Source: Mizuhopecten yessoensis (taxonomy: Eukaryota). From it: a stretch of DNA of 64,000 bases. Below are positions 38,978 through 53,389 of this stretch, piece by piece (within the stretch, counting starts at the first letter, position 1; each line of letters opens with the position of its first letter). A program made the translations under genes and the position numbers. The notes below the pieces were generated by a model. It did no database searches, was not told where the DNA came from, and saw only the letters and a list, made by a program, of their open reading frames with translations. The stretch covers positions 4,756 through 68,755 of the forward strand of contig NW_018404823.1 of the NCBI RefSeq assembly GCF_002113885.1. Reading direction: 5' to 3'.

Positions 38978-40747
38978 TTATGATATCGTTACCTCGTTTA
39001 TAGTGTGTTAATATACACAAATGCTTTAATGTTTCAAACTATTTAATTCATGCAGCTAAAATTAACTTTAATTTCGAATCAATTTTTTTTCAAAAAACTT
39101 GGATCTTTTATAATAGTAACTATTCATTTAAAATCTTATTCCGCAATTCAAAGAAAACACGTAGAGGAAATACATTTCAATTTAGCTAAACACTGCATAT
39201 ATACAAGTCATCGTAATGTTGAACAGCATGCAATAATAGAATACATTCCATTTATAAGATTTTAATCAAGCACGATGTGTTTGTAAGTTTAACATGTTGT
39301 TTATACAGCACAAACATCCAAATGTTAGATAAATACTCCCTACAACGTTGTTATTTTGACATCAGGAATCAGTCGCTTCCTGTTGTGACAATATTAATAT
39401 TATATCGTTCTGTCATGTTAATTATCTCCTCCAACAAATCTCATAAAAACCTTAAAAGAAATTGTTAAATAAAATATATTCTTATAGCGTGCTTGCCTTG
39501 AATATCTTCTGATACAAACGAAATGAAGATTTAAGTTCAACATATATATCAACAAGAAATGATGTCTGCAAACGTTGACAAAGTTTGTCCGGGAAGGCAG
39601 CGTTTTATATCAATAACCAATTAGGTTATTTTCCATTCCTGGGCTGTACTGCGTCTCTTTTAACCAAGTTAATTGTGTGGTTTGGCAATAAAGCATAGCT
39701 TGCCTCTACGACTGTAGTGCTCTCTAGGAAATATTGAACATTTAGCCTTCCAGATATCAGCTTTATGGAAAACAAATGATATATTCATTCGATAAAGCAA
39801 ATGACACTTGCATTTATCGAGATAATTAAGCAATTTGTATTACCGGAGCATGGCGCGTTCTGTTCCCGGGCATAAACATAAAAAACGCTTCCTATAATTC
39901 GGCGGTCACAACGATTAAGATAGGACAAGACTTGCCATGTAACGTGTCATGTGACCAGTACAGAGACGTTTGTTTAAAATACAGCTCACTATTTTTAAAA
40001 AAGAACAAGAGGATCTGATAAACGATTTAACAACATTATTGAATCTATCTTCTTTCAACACAGCAATAAATAATAGATGTTAAAAGAAAAACATTCTCGC
40101 AGCGTCACATATTTTCTCCCTAGGACGATGACACATGTAATTGTATCAGTAGCCTTTGATGAAAAAAATGGCTGTCAATGTAGTCTTCAAAATGGTAAAA
40201 TTTTGATTTCATTATATTGATATTAAAATGATGAGATTTTGATTCCGTTGCTCAAGTCTGAGAGTATTATACAAAATTACTACGACATGGCTTCACTTCC
40301 TTTATACGTGCACCGTAAGCAATCAGTTCTAAGAGAAGAGTATTTAAGAAATAATCTAAGTATGTGAGTTTATTAAAGGGAGATATTAGAACTAGGATGA
40401 GAAAATGTCAGTGTCCATAGCAATTCTAATCATTTAAATAAGGATGCGCTAACCTTTTTTCAAGTGTTGCTTATATGTCTTCATATCACAGCAAGCCTTG
40501 CGTGTTTGTCTTTTCTTACCTTGTCGTTTGTCTATTTAACCTGGACATATTTAGGAAGGTATTTTTTAATTTTCGGTTGCCGTTCGGTCGACAGACGATT
40601 AGCAATAAAAACTGACGTTATGCTTTATTCCAGATGTTTATTACAATAAATCCAATCCACCAATCATCGTTCGTCATCCGCATTTAACAGATTTACAGAG
40701 ACCATATCGGTAAGTTCATTGTACATTTATCAACCATTTAAAAGTGT

Positions 40748-40858
40748 GAATACAACGAAAACCTGTTAGAATGGCGCGTACATATCATGATCTGTATCAA
40801 CTAATAAAAAGTGCGAATTCAACGAAAACGTGTTAGAATTACGCGTACATATCATAGT
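40748..40858. repeat. Local duplication of about 42 bp
   Basis: CAACGAAAACCTGTTAGAATGGCGCGTACATATCAT recurs as CAACGAAAACGTGTTAGAATTACGCGTACATATCAT. Confidence 0.8.
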
Positions 40859-41260
40859 ATGAACCAGATATGGATTATATTACTGTTAGTATGATTATAT
40901 TACATCGAAATAGAAACAATAAAAAGATATGTAAAATCTTCTTAAACTCGATGGTTAAAACATATACATAATTTCATTCATTTACCTCCTGCTATTGTCA
41001 TAGAATCAATCATGTGTTTATTTCCATGTGCGTCATATCATGAAGCGCCAATCGTATGTACATTGTAGCACTATGATGCTAAGGATATGTTTTATAACGG
41101 TGACATGAATCTCCATCCCAAAAACGTTCCACATAATAAAAATAATAATATCATATGAATAGTAATTTAAGCGTGTTTTAGATCTACGATGATATCTATG
41201 AACGAAGGGAATTAAGTCACTTTTGACTATAGGATATTGCAAAGTAAACAATAAATGGTA

Positions 41261-42225
41261 CAGTTGTGGGACCGCACAACGCACCAAAAATGGCGTGCGC
41301 ACACCGTGCATACATCGTTCACACACCGTCCGCACATCGTCCACACATGGTGCGCACAACTGTGCGATTTAGCAATCGTTCGCCCCGTTGTGCGCTTCTC
41401 TCCGCACAACTGTGCGATTTGGTATCGTTTGTAGATCAAAATTACGGAATGACAAAAATACGGAAGGCTTGTATGCGATAATGTACACTGTGTATATATC
41501 TGTAATTTCTCATCCCAATAATCAAGATTATACAATTTCACAATGCGTATTACACAGTATTACAGTGACCGTTAGGCTGTCAAGAAAGGGTTTGGCTCCA
41601 AGGTAACAGAACAGGTAAATAACAATTTTATGAGTGTCCGGAGTTTTACCTGACCAGTGCCTGACACACAGAGCTGATATGCGATACCGTTTGACCGTAA
41701 TAAAAAGGATTTGTTATTTGCATTCGTTTACCTATATATAGCTCCCCTTCACCTGGATTTTCACACCCCCGGCCTTACCCGACGAGTTACGTAAATGCCC
41801 CAGGCGGGGAGAAAACTACGGTCCAGGTACATGTACACAATGGTTATGTTTACCTGTATACGGGGTTGTGTTGTAATTTTACATGTGTCGATTAAGTTTG
41901 TTTAAAAACACAGAAAACACAATTCCTAAATATAAGAATTTATAGACAGAAAGATAAGTTTATAGATGTTGCTAGAATATAGAAACATACGTAAACATCA
42001 AGTTTATATGTTTAACAAGAAACCGTATAAATTGTTAAGGCATTCCTCAATTTACACCAACCACGATTGTTATCGCACAACGTCCGTCCATCGTGCGCAC
42101 ATATGTGCGCAAGCAATGATCGTTCAGCTTTTTATCGTTCGCTCATCGTGCACACACCGTTCACACACCGTGCACACATCGTGCGCACACCGCACATCGT
42201 GTAACGTTGTGCGATCCCACAACTG
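41261..42225. mobile_element. Tc1/mariner-type non-autonomous element, copy 1
   Basis: TIR CAGTTGTGGGA(C/T)CGCACAAC, TA at both ends, 11-bp CACACAYCGTN subterminal repeats. Collinear with 49015-49962. Confidence 0.9.
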
Positions 42226-44669
42226 TAATAACCCTAACATAGATCACAAGTATAAAATGTAAGGTTACACATGTCCTTAATGCAAGCTACAAGGTTAAAA
42301 TCGTATTTCAAGTAAGAAACAGAACACTGATGAGTTCAGTCGATCGTTAAAAACATAAATATTAATTCACAAACGAATTGATGGCCTGATATGCTATGAA
42401 GTTACATTTATATTTGATAGAGATACAACACATCGATGGAAACTGTTTTCTACCATTTTGTCTTTATCGCTTTCCGCATTTCGCCTCGATAAAACGATAT
42501 TGGTCTCGCAAAACACTACGAAAAATGTACCCTTTACTTTGCAAGCCTAATTCTTGTACTTACGCCTCGTTTCAAATATAGCTCAATTTTTGCAAAAGGA
42601 CAAAATGGCAAAAATGAGCCACTGATGTCGACAACATTCGAACTTGTTTATGCGCGGAGGAATTAAAGGAATGTGTGCCTCGTTCCATTGCCTCCTATTC
42701 TGAGTGTCACATGACATCCTCTTATATATGATCACAAATCTGTCTGCCATCGTTGATATAGCCAGCGGCTAGACATATACGAGCGGTTTTGTCTGCCGGG
42801 CAATCAGATAGCCAATATGAAACAGTTGGAGAAGATTATCCATTCATAGTATTTAACAGGTTTTTGTTTAATGTGTCCGTTTATTTATTGTATTAGAAGA
42901 GTGATTATAGCTTGCGATTAAGAGAAGACGGACGTGGATGGGGAGGGGAGGAGGAGAAGGAGGAGGGGGAAGGGGGTGATTCACTTGTCAATGTCTGACG
43001 AAAAGCCATCAGGAAGTTATTGACAGCGAAAGATATCCAAGGGTAAATAGCAATAACAAGCCGAAATCAATACGTTTATGACCACAGACACGTGAAGTCA
43101 ATTAACACTTATATATACAGCTTAAATTCCGATGACGAAAATATATTGAATACCATGTTTCGATTATTACAGAGTATTGATTTTATAATTATGTATTTTA
43201 TTGATGGTCAAAAGTACTTTGAAGAACTTGAAGCGATACGAACATTGCATATAATAAAAAAAATGCAGAGTGTGTTAATGGTATTCACGTTTATGCTAAT
43301 CGCGTTCTTCGAAAATAAAATAACGGAAAAAATAAAAAAAAACAAGTACGTATATTTGAAGACACCATTACAAAATGTAAAACATCATATTCTTCAACAA
43401 AATAACGGGTAAGCAAAACTAGGTCATAAAAACAGATTTTGTTTTGCAAATACATTAACAACACTGTGTATAATTAACTGAATGTGACACAATCTATTCT
43501 TTTCTGAAAGATCATTGAAGATCAAATTAATACATTTGTGTTGTTATTTTGATTGGATTATATGGTATTAATGAAACGAATAAACATAAATAGATATATA
43601 ATGACAATGTAATCAATTAATAAAAACGTAAGAAATAGTACCCCAATACTGTCTATGGTTAAAAAGAGGATGTTTTGAAAGAAACTTATTTATAGGGTCG
43701 TCACCAACACCAGCATGTGATCCTCACAAACCGTATTTAAGAAGCACGAACACCTCTAACTCTAAAAAAGTCAGCAAACTTGAGTTCACCCACGTTAAAT
43801 TAACAGGATAAAACAAATCTTCAATAGCGTAGTAGTGATATCGGCAAACTGGGGGCTCATAACGACCTCAATGTCACTAAAGCTTATTTGAAAAGTGACT
43901 TTATATTTGCCTATTTTTTTTTTTATTTCTTTCTTTAGTACTATGCAATGCCAGCTACATTTTCAAGAAGTATTCTTGATTTTAATGTCCTACCAAGGAC
44001 GTTGTTGGAAGGGCCCCGGTAGAGTTGTTTTTTCCTTCAACGCCTTTTGCTTTTGACGTATTGAAAAAACAAAATTTATCATTGAAATAACAAAATTAAT
44101 CTGTTCCCTCCCAAAGCAAAACAATATTTCGGATTTGTATATTTTATTTCCTGAAATCTCTTCTCTTTCTTTCCGGTTGTGTCTCCCTAGTCTACAGTTT
44201 TCATACGACCTTGGCTATTTTTAAACGCGAAACACCATATAAACGTACAAAACACCATGAAAACTATTGTTCCGGAAGGATAAACGGTTTATTGTTCCAC
44301 AGAAAGCAAACATCTTGATGTCATCTCCCCAACGATTTCGAGGCTATCCCCGTGGAAGAATAGGTAAAGACTGTTAATTGAAGAATGACTTTTGATATTA
44401 AATTCAATATATAGTTTTGATAGAAGTTCAGTATCTGCGGTCCCTAGTTTGAGATAAGTATTTGTCCCTTTATGTTACGTTTTTTTATTGATTTTATGGT
44501 ATGAGTAAATTGCAATATAACTTGTTTGATTGGTATGTCGTTAGGTTGTTGATACGCAGATGGTATCATTGGTTCATTGATTGAGCTAACGTAGAATTCC
44601 ACAGCATCCGTTGCTTAAAATGCAATACTAGGAGTACATCTCTCTTAGATCCAACGATGGAGCTGCTAG

Positions 44670-45090
44670 ATGTACCAGTCAGTCTTCCCCAAACCTAAAC
44701 AGTGTACGTGCCATCCCAGTTCAGGGCATGTCCCATTGTATACTATTGCCTTTAGAAGCAGCTCAGACAGGACCCGGTCAATATCAACACATCAGCTAGA
44801 CAATTGCTCGCGTCAGCACCCTCGTTTGGAGTTTATCAGGGAGAGGGTAGCAGTCCAATTTACTATACCAAGTGGATCGGAAGATACCATCATCGTATCA
44901 ACTGCTGTAATACACCTCTGTGTCATTTCGACGCTTGTATTGCACGGTTCACATCAAATTCGTCTCTCCTGTTCATGGTTGTGCCGTTCCTGTGCTCTGT
45001 ACGACCTTTTCGTTCTCCTTGGTTTGTTAATTGGTTATACACAGTCGCAGAAGTCGAGCAAATAATAAGGCACCAGTGTCCTTCACTCAA
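44670..45090 (-). mobile_element. Possible highly decayed DDE integrase relic (Gypsy/Ginger-like)
   Basis: Collinear weak matches across frames: FDVNRAIQ (FGVP..I), LGIVNWTAT....NSKRGC*R (LGI....TTPYHPQSNG..ER), DIDRVLSELL...YNGT....G....LGLGK (WD..L..LL.AYN.T....G.SP..L.FGR). Confidence 0.3.
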
Positions 45091-46714
45091 TCTCGTTCAA
45101 CGTTTGTCGATGGATGTGTACACAGTTAAGACCTAATCGGCTATACGCAGTAAATAGGTAGTGAATTCCTGAATTCCCATGTGGCACTTTAGGAATACTG
45201 AGAATAATAGGCGGAAAATAAAGAGCGATATCTGCTGGATTGAGGCGGATGGTGTTTGCGGTGTCTGGCGGGGCGAGTCAAGCGCGGGAATTCTCAAGAC
45301 GCGTTCGCCATTGCTAGTCGTAAACTCCTGTTGATGGTCTCATGATTAGGTTACAATCAATAGAAACGCCGTGTAAATGGCGAGATATCACCATAACTAC
45401 GATGGTGACAAGATATTCATTCTCCCATAATGGAGACACAAAAACACATTTGAACATTTTTGTATGATTTTATGAGATTTTATTTGACAATAATGGTAAT
45501 GTGTTAGAGTCGTTCGGTGTTCCCCCATCGTTTAGCACCTTTCACGTCCACGGACCGGGAATACCTCCCCTCCCAGGTTGTCGTTAAGGTGGTAGTTTGT
45601 TAGCAGTATGGTATCAGTAATGGACGGAGTAGGGTAATATTTTTTTTATATTAGGTTCGCTTTAAAATTCTTCACCTTACATTTTCACTATTATCCCGTA
45701 GGGGCCCGTCAAGTATCAGTTTCTTAAAATTATGCTTGACTGTGTGATTTGGTATTAATATTTAAAAACATTACCAACTTGGATCAGAGGAAGTATTGAG
45801 GACTTAGTCAACCAAAATATTGAGTGGTCGTTTAGGTTGGTATCAATTCCAATAATGCGGGAATTTTCGACGTTTCAAAACTGCATTAAGACGAAATCGT
45901 AAAACAAACATCAAAACTCTATAGGAAAGCCCAATTGTTGTCAAAAGTTTATATACTTATGATTTTACATACATTTCTGGTTGTAGTCCATTAAAAGATG
46001 AATAATACTTAAGAACTGTGTGGCATTTCGCTTCTCATTCTATGAGCAATAAGCTGAGCAGCGGCACATGTTTGCTTTTTGATATTTGTAAATTAAAGGA
46101 CAGGTCATTTTTTTCAAATCCATGACTTGTCACCTTCATTATACATCCGTAATCATATCTTTACCTGATCTCTTAATCAAGTCCTATACATAAAAGGACA
46201 GATAATAGTATTGAGAGTAAATCAAACCTCATACACTTTGCCCGATCTTAATCTGAAAGCATTGACTGTTATTCTATTACTTTCCTTAAAATTGTTTTTT
46301 TTCACAGACTGTATGCACATATTGCACTTTAAGAAATTAGAGGTCGACCAAAAGTCGGTCAATACGGCGGGGGTAACATTTGTGGCTATCAGGTCATTGG
46401 GGATTCACCTCTGTAAAAAGCCATAATGTTATTTTTATTTTAGATTGTGCGAACTTTCAATAAAGGCCTTTTACGGTCGTTTTTAGACTGTAAGCTAAAC
46501 ATTTGTAATAGCTTCTTGATACATTGCCAAACCCCTTTACATCAACATTTTTGTTCTCTAAAACTTAAACGTTGTATGGACTGATTCTACCCTACTTTCT
46601 TTCTTTCAACATACTGATTTTATGATAACTGGTAAGGGCAGTGTTAAACGAGTTGTTGAGTCTTAGACAACCCATCTGGATTTTAAAATGATCTGGGTGG
46701 ATGTTACGGTATCT

Positions 46715-47011
46715 GTGCTGTTACATTCAAGTGAGGTGGCACTATAAAAGATGCCGTTGGAACCACGGTCCCACTACAAAACAGAACTCAATACAACTCC
46801 AGCTACACACATTGGGAGATATTAGCCAGGTGGCATATGACTACAGATGTAGTAGTGAGCGCCTCATAAGGCAGCTCCTGCGAATTCCTCAAAATAGTAT
46901 TGATTACTGTTTATGCTATTTGTATTATTTGTATATCTATTTACTGTAAAGCGCTTTAGAGTGGCTTATGTTAGCTAGAAAGGGCGCTATATCAAATGTT
47001 GTATATTATTA
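46715..47011 (+). mobile_element. SINE/L2 3' fragment
   Basis: Meta-domain-like AAGTGAGGTGGCACTATAAAA and an L2-type terminus GTAAAGCGCTTTAGAG...GGCGCTATATCAAATG..TATTATTA. Confidence 0.6.
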
Positions 47012-49014
47012 GCAAAAGAGTTCGAATTGGGAGGGAGGTAACCTTAGTATGTAAGAAGTCTATACCAGCATCATTTAAAATGGAGAAAAAAAATAAAAAA
47101 TGAAAAAGCAAATACCAATTACATCTGCATTTTTTAAAACAAGCTCAGCACAGAACAATAATTTAAATGTACAGGTAGATATTAACACAATATTAGCCAT
47201 TAGTACAATTACCAATTACCATTATCATAAAATGGATTTAAGTAATTCGGTATTCTACCGAATAATGCTCCGTCATACACACTATGTTAAGTTGTTCGAG
47301 ACAGGTTGTATCAGTATTGGGAAACATTGTATGACAATCGCAGTAACCAGTGACTCGACAATCGATTGGACCGGCGTAGGTGTGTTATCTACGGGGAGCT
47401 ATCTGCACAACATATCATCATGCATATTGATACAATCTTTGTATGACATAAAACATGCTTGTCACAAAACATACAGTATGTAACGTGTTAAAGTCATACA
47501 TGCTGTATGTATTTTATTAACAAAATGTCAGTATTTTGAAAGAATTAAAACAAAACTAAAAAACTGAAGTGTTTTGAAGTCAAAATGTTTGCTTGTTTTA
47601 TCTGCATTCTCTTAGTTTATGTCATTGTTCAAAAACAACAGATCATAATAAAAATTATTATTTTAGTGTTGTGCAAGCTGATATCCACGGAACCATATAA
47701 CACATCATTATAAATGTTAAATTAGTTTATGTTTTTTTGACTAAAAAATACTTGTAAATTTTACGTTCAAGGAACAGTAACATTATTGGTAAAAAAAAGG
47801 CGGAACATCCATAATGTCGGAACAAGGTATTGTTTTCCATGGTTGTCCCACCCTTCAGGCGACTAACATCAATTGAAACGCAATCGGTAATTTTATTCCA
47901 AATTGAATTCGACATCACTACAAATTTGGTTCCTGATAGCTGTAGGACTGTGCGCCCATAACGGTTTACTATTGAAACAACACTCTCGCACAGTAGGTTA
48001 TCTGTTAGCATAACATAAGTTGGAGTTCATTTGGAGGTCGTACAAAGTAGTGCAAATTTAAAATTATTAATACTGTTACAAAAAGAAAGCAAAATGCATA
48101 TGTTAAAAATACATGAAGATATATTACATTCTGCGCTGAACATTCTATAATGTGATGTTTAGAAAAAAGACTCTAGAATCCAATATATAATCTACAAAAA
48201 ACGACACAGGGGGACTGGTAATGCCATCTGCGTTTATTCAAGCTAGTAAACACATGTAGATTGTGGCATCAAAGTGCAGGTTCAATAGCACTTACAAACG
48301 TAACTGAAACACATTGATAGACTCGTAAAAAACTCTATAGACGTGCAACTGCATGTCTGTTGCAACTTTCTCCAGATCCACTCTCAAAGTACGACATGCT
48401 TTATGGTTTCAAATATATCATATTAAAATAGTTACGCCGAAATCGTTTCTATTTCTTAGCAGTGACTGGCAGCATATATACCATCTCGTGTGTGTAATGA
48501 CATATTCCATCATATTTAAATTAATCGTGTGAAATCGATTTTCTAATACTGACGTGAAAAATATGCAGTTTAAATAGAGGCATATTCGAAGTGCCCCATT
48601 ATTTTCTCGTTACCTTAAATTGACTCTGTATGTTCATGGAGTTTCAGTCAGAGTAATAAAACCTTCCCTTAACAACACAAGTCGAAAGTATTTAAAAATA
48701 TTTTCTCCGTCCATGATAGATTCACAAATCATCTGCCATATCGTAAATAAGTAGCTTTGTACTATATGTCGGTAAATAATGTTTTTTTTGTGGCAATTCT
48801 CTTTCGACTTTCAATAAGAAACGTTAGCTTTAAGTTGTTGGTAGACCAAAATCCATCAAATAAAAGATAAACGACACAATATTATTATGTTAAGCTTAAG
48901 GCAGTTATGATACAGATTATATTTCCATTAATGGCGAGATCTATCAAAAGAATAGCATCATATCATTGAAAGAGGATGACAACAACATAGTCACATTGAA
49001 ATACACTGTATCTA

Positions 49015-49962
49015 CAGTTGTGTGATCGCACAACGCACCAAAAATATTGCGCACACCGTGCATACATCGTTCACACACCGTTCGCACATCGTCCACACAT
49101 GGTGCGCACAACTGGGCGATTTAACAATCGTTCGCCCCGTTGTGCGCTTCTCTCCGCACAACTGTACGATTTGGTACAATTTGTTGATCAATATTACGGA
49201 ATGAAAAAAAGACGGAAGGGTCGTACTACATGTAGTATACAATAATTTACACTGTATTTATTATTATTATTTCTCATTACAATAATTAACATTATGTACA
49301 ATTTTACATTGCATGTAACACAGTATTACAGTGACCGTTAGACTGTCAAGAATAGATTTGGCTCCTAGCTAGGTAACAGAACTGGTAAATAACAATTTGA
49401 TGAGTGACCAGAGTTTAACCTGGCCTGTGCTTAACGGGTAGAGCTGATATGTGATACCGTTTACCGTTATGAAAACACAACTGGACGTTTAGTATTTGTT
49501 ATTTGCATTCGTTTTAATCTAAAGCTCCCCTTCACCTGGTTTTTACACCTTAGCGCGTTACGTAAGTGCCCCGGGCGGGGGAAAACTACGGTCCAGGTAC
49601 AAAGTGACTATGTTTACCCGAGGTGCCGAGGCTGTTTTGTAAGGTCGTTTAAAAAGCACCGAAAACCCCATTTCTAAAGTAAAGACAGAAAGATAAGCTT
49701 GTAGATGAAGCTAGAATAGGAAAGGAAACATACTAAAAGTTTATATGTTTACATACTAAACCGTATACACTGTTAAGCCATTCCTCGATTTACACCAACC
49801 ACGATTGTTATCGCACAATGTCGTCGATCGTCTGCACAAATGTGCGCAAGCAATGATCGTCCAATTTTTTATCGTTCGCACTTCGTGCACACATCGTTCA
49901 CACACCGTGCACACATCGTGCGTACACCGCACATCGTGTATCGTTGTGCGATCCCACAACTG
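49015..49962. mobile_element. Tc1/mariner-type non-autonomous element, copy 2
   Basis: Same TIRs, TA flanks and interior as 41261-42225, in the same orientation. Confidence 0.9.
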
Positions 49963-50327
49963 TATAAAACAGAGCAGTAGGATTGTTTAAAATCATTTAT
50001 TTCCGGTCCAGATATTTGTTTAGGAGCACGGTTGTCAAATCTTCATGCAAGCAGGAAGATGTGTGTGCATTTTATCATAACATGCTCAATAGTCTTCATT
50101 TAGCATACTTGTTTACTAGATTATAAAAATAATGGTGTATAGAATCTATAACTATCGGCAGATCGAATCGTCTGTATCGACAAACAGACATAGATATGGG
50201 AGTTTACCGATTTGTTTCTTAAGGAACTCTGTTCCATTACACTCTTGGTTTTCGTATACAGTGACCCCCCTCCCCCTCCTAATTTTCGGACATGACTGTA
50301 GCAAGGTTGGGCCAGGACGCTTCCCGT

Positions 50328-50426
50328 TGACTAGGTAGCTCAAACCATTTGGGCAAATGTTTACCTATCTGAAAACCATGATTGGAATCCGGGTCTAGTC
50401 CTGCTGATTATTTTTCACCCATAACA
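50328..50426 (+). mobile_element. Decayed tRNA-like repeat
   Basis: GGTAGCTCAAA (A-box-like) and CCGGGTCTAGTCC (B-box-like), followed by TTTTTCACCCATAACA. Confidence 0.35.
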
Positions 50427-51159
50427 CGGTTGTCGATTATATCTTGTTTATTTTATCTTTTTTGTTTTTTTCATAAATGCGTGGCTGCAGTTTATGGCAA
50501 TGATGCGGGGATCCTTAAACATGTACACAGTGTACTACAATATGACTATGGTATTCTAGGACACAACCTCATTATGAGTTCACTCCAGAATGTACGTTCA
50601 GTACATTTAACGCAGCTATCAAACATAATAACTCAGGGGGAAGTATTCTTGAGAAATGGCTATTGATAGAGACTCTCTGGCAGTGCATGTAATGCCTCTA
50701 CAAGCAAGCTTTGGCACTCACTCGACGTTGTATCGCGGCAAGAGACGCATTTGTATTTTAATCTACCTTGCACTAGAAGACATATCCCGTATATTAACTG
50801 GCAAAATGTTTCTCATTTTCTCTTCTTTTGTGACGGCTTTTATTACTTTTCTTGTAAAATACTCCGTAAATGTTTGCCGATAAGCTATACTTGTCTCGGA
50901 GATAGACAAAGCTCTGGTGTAAAGGATAACGTTTTATGACCCGTGTTATTCCCATCGTACCTTCATCTCACTATACGGCTGTCTCTTACAGGAGAGTAGA
51001 AAGACTGAAGCTTTACTGGGCGTTAGACCCATGGTTATGTACTTATAAGAATGGGGTGAATACTGATGCGACAAACAATGCTTTTGTTAGATCCCAACCT
51101 TCAAAACATATCTAGACTAACATTTTATGAAATCTTTTTGAGAAAGTTTAAAGATAAGC

Positions 51160-51521
51160 ATATATTTACATACGAGTCTCATTCGCCGATTAAATAAGTC
51201 ATAGAGAATCATCTTCCCAAACTTATCTCAACCCACCTTGGGTCGTTGCATATTTTGAAATTGAGATGTTTTAATTATTGTGTAATAGTATTGAACACGA
51301 TTATTGTGTTATACTTAGAGATATCCACTGTTGACATTTACTATCAATTTTTTGTGCTTATGTTATGTTTCTGGTTAACTCAATGGTATAGGCGACAAAA
51401 AACTAAGCTTCAAGAACAGCCTGCAGTTTATAACATAGCGAACACAAATATATATATATGAGTCTCAGTCGTCGCCGATTGAATGAGTTATAGAGAATCA
51501 TCTTCTCAAACTTATCTCAAA
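51160..51521. repeat. Direct repeat of about 70 bp, about 290 bp apart
   Basis: GAGTCTCA..TCGCCGATT.AAT.AGT.ATAGAGAATCATCTTC.CAAACTTATCTCAA at about 51174 and 51460. Confidence 0.8.
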
Positions 51522-51679
51522 ATAAATACCAGAGGTCAAGTTTAATGTTTCGCCAACATAATTACATAATTATCTTCAGTTGAAATAACTAGATAACTTG
51601 GTAACTGAACATTTCAATCACAAAAAGTACAGAGGATATGTCCGCATCTACCGGGGATAACTCGAGCGTTTATCTAACA

Positions 51680-51930
51680 TGTACCTTCACAGAATATCTC
51701 ATTTATAGAGTGTATATATCCCATACTATCTGAACAACAGAGAATATCTCATACACATAGAATAGTTCATCAACTGCGAATGTCTTGTATACGGAGAATA
51801 CCTCACCCACATAGGATAGTTCATCCACGGAGATGTCTCATCTCCAGAGAACATATTATCTACAGAAAAAAACATCATGCAGAGAGAACATCTCATCTAA
51901 AGAAATGATTCTTTTACAGAGGACAACTCG
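51680..51930. repeat. Degenerate 18-19-bp tandem repeat
   Basis: Variants of ACAGAGAATATCTCATCT. Confidence 0.6.
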
Positions 51931-53389
51931 TATCGGGATTATGCCTCCTCTGTGTCTATATGCATTCAGAACTAACTGTTGACCTTTACTGTAATACTCT
52001 CTATGCCAATTGAATAAGGTGCACCTATATGTAAACCTAAAACATAAGTATTAAGTATGGAAGTTTTATTTTGTATTTTGAATATAGGAGGGGGTTAAGT
52101 TTATACATAACAAACAAATCTACACATTGGGAAAAGTTGTTTAAATCGTTATATCAATAAAGGAAAAAAACAATTTCGAATGTGTTTTCTGTAGCATACC
52201 ATTAATGTACGTGGAAGAATGTTTCGTTTTCCTATGGGCACCAAGAGCAGGTGTCTTCTACTGTGCAATTTGCGTAGAACACTAGACGTCTCTTTAAGAT
52301 CTGAATTCAGATTGTCAGACGCATATTCACCGGGGACGAGGCCTTAGTAATAAAACCTCTATATAACGTCTCATATACATGTATCAACCTGCACACGTCA
52401 CGACAAATATCAAGAGTTCAATAAATACAGGGAATGAAAATATAATGAAACGTATTTAACACTACCAAGAAGCATTATGATAGCTTTATAAATCCTATAA
52501 AGCATTTTGATAAAAAAAAATAAAAAATAAAAATGCTGCTTTAAATAGAAATGTAATTTGCTTTTTCGAACTAGTTGCATACCAAATTAACGTTTGTTAT
52601 CAACTCATAGGACTAAATCCGAACTAAACATTATAAAAAAACCAAGAAAAGCAACAACAACAAGAGGATCTCATTATGGATCAAGATAAAAGACATACAT
52701 GTGGCACCCGTCATGATACACAGTATATGACAGTGGGTTGACTTAGTTTATTGTATCAGATAACGAAAGCGAAGTTAATTTCCCTAACCTTTTCAAAGGC
52801 AAAGACCATATAAGATACAAGCCACATGAAACTTTATTTAAAGTCGCAAACATGTAAACAAAGAACATTAGCTCTTGAGAGCTATTATTGCGACAAACAT
52901 ATATAAAATAACAAAAAACACATTAGATTACAAGTAAAGGAAAAATATGCTCACTCGACAAACAAAGTTTATGCAAATACAAAATGGTTATTTCGAATTG
53001 AAACGAGAGATAGGAAACACTTTTAGAGCACTATTTGGACGATGTTTCTCGATGTTTTCTGAGGCTGACTTTACTGACTCGACACATTGCGGCGTAGTAT
53101 TTTGTTCTCAGCGCTGTGGAGTCGAGACAACGGTTATTTGCACTCTTTGCTTGACAAAGGAAATTAAAGATTTCCAAATCTCGCAAAATCCCTTTTTTAT
53201 ACTGTTTGGGTTCAAAACCAACTTAGTTTTATTAATGCATATCCAACTGATGAATCTAATTCCGAATTCTTCGTTTGTGTGAATTGATACCAAAATATGG
53301 ATAATAGGTTTAAAATATCAGACTTCTTTAAACAAAATCCTTACCGTTTTAAGTTATCGTTGCAAATAAAGGAATCCTTTTGACAATTT

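Noticed and set aside
42326-42355. Hammerhead ribozyme (CTGATGAG...)
   Set aside because: No properly placed GAAA or supporting stems. The similar-looking 23326-23360 stretch is better explained as the Penelope 3' motif.
42936-42978. G-quadruplex-capable purine tract
   Set aside because: Ordinary low-complexity sequence with no contextual support for function.
44690-45030. Selenoprotein-style TGA readthrough in a minus-strand frame with several TGA stops
   Set aside because: No SECIS-like element or selenoprotein homology; mutational decay is the simpler explanation.
47727-48011. APE endonuclease-like VNRYGRTVLQL
   Set aside because: A single weak motif with no flanking LINE motifs recognised.
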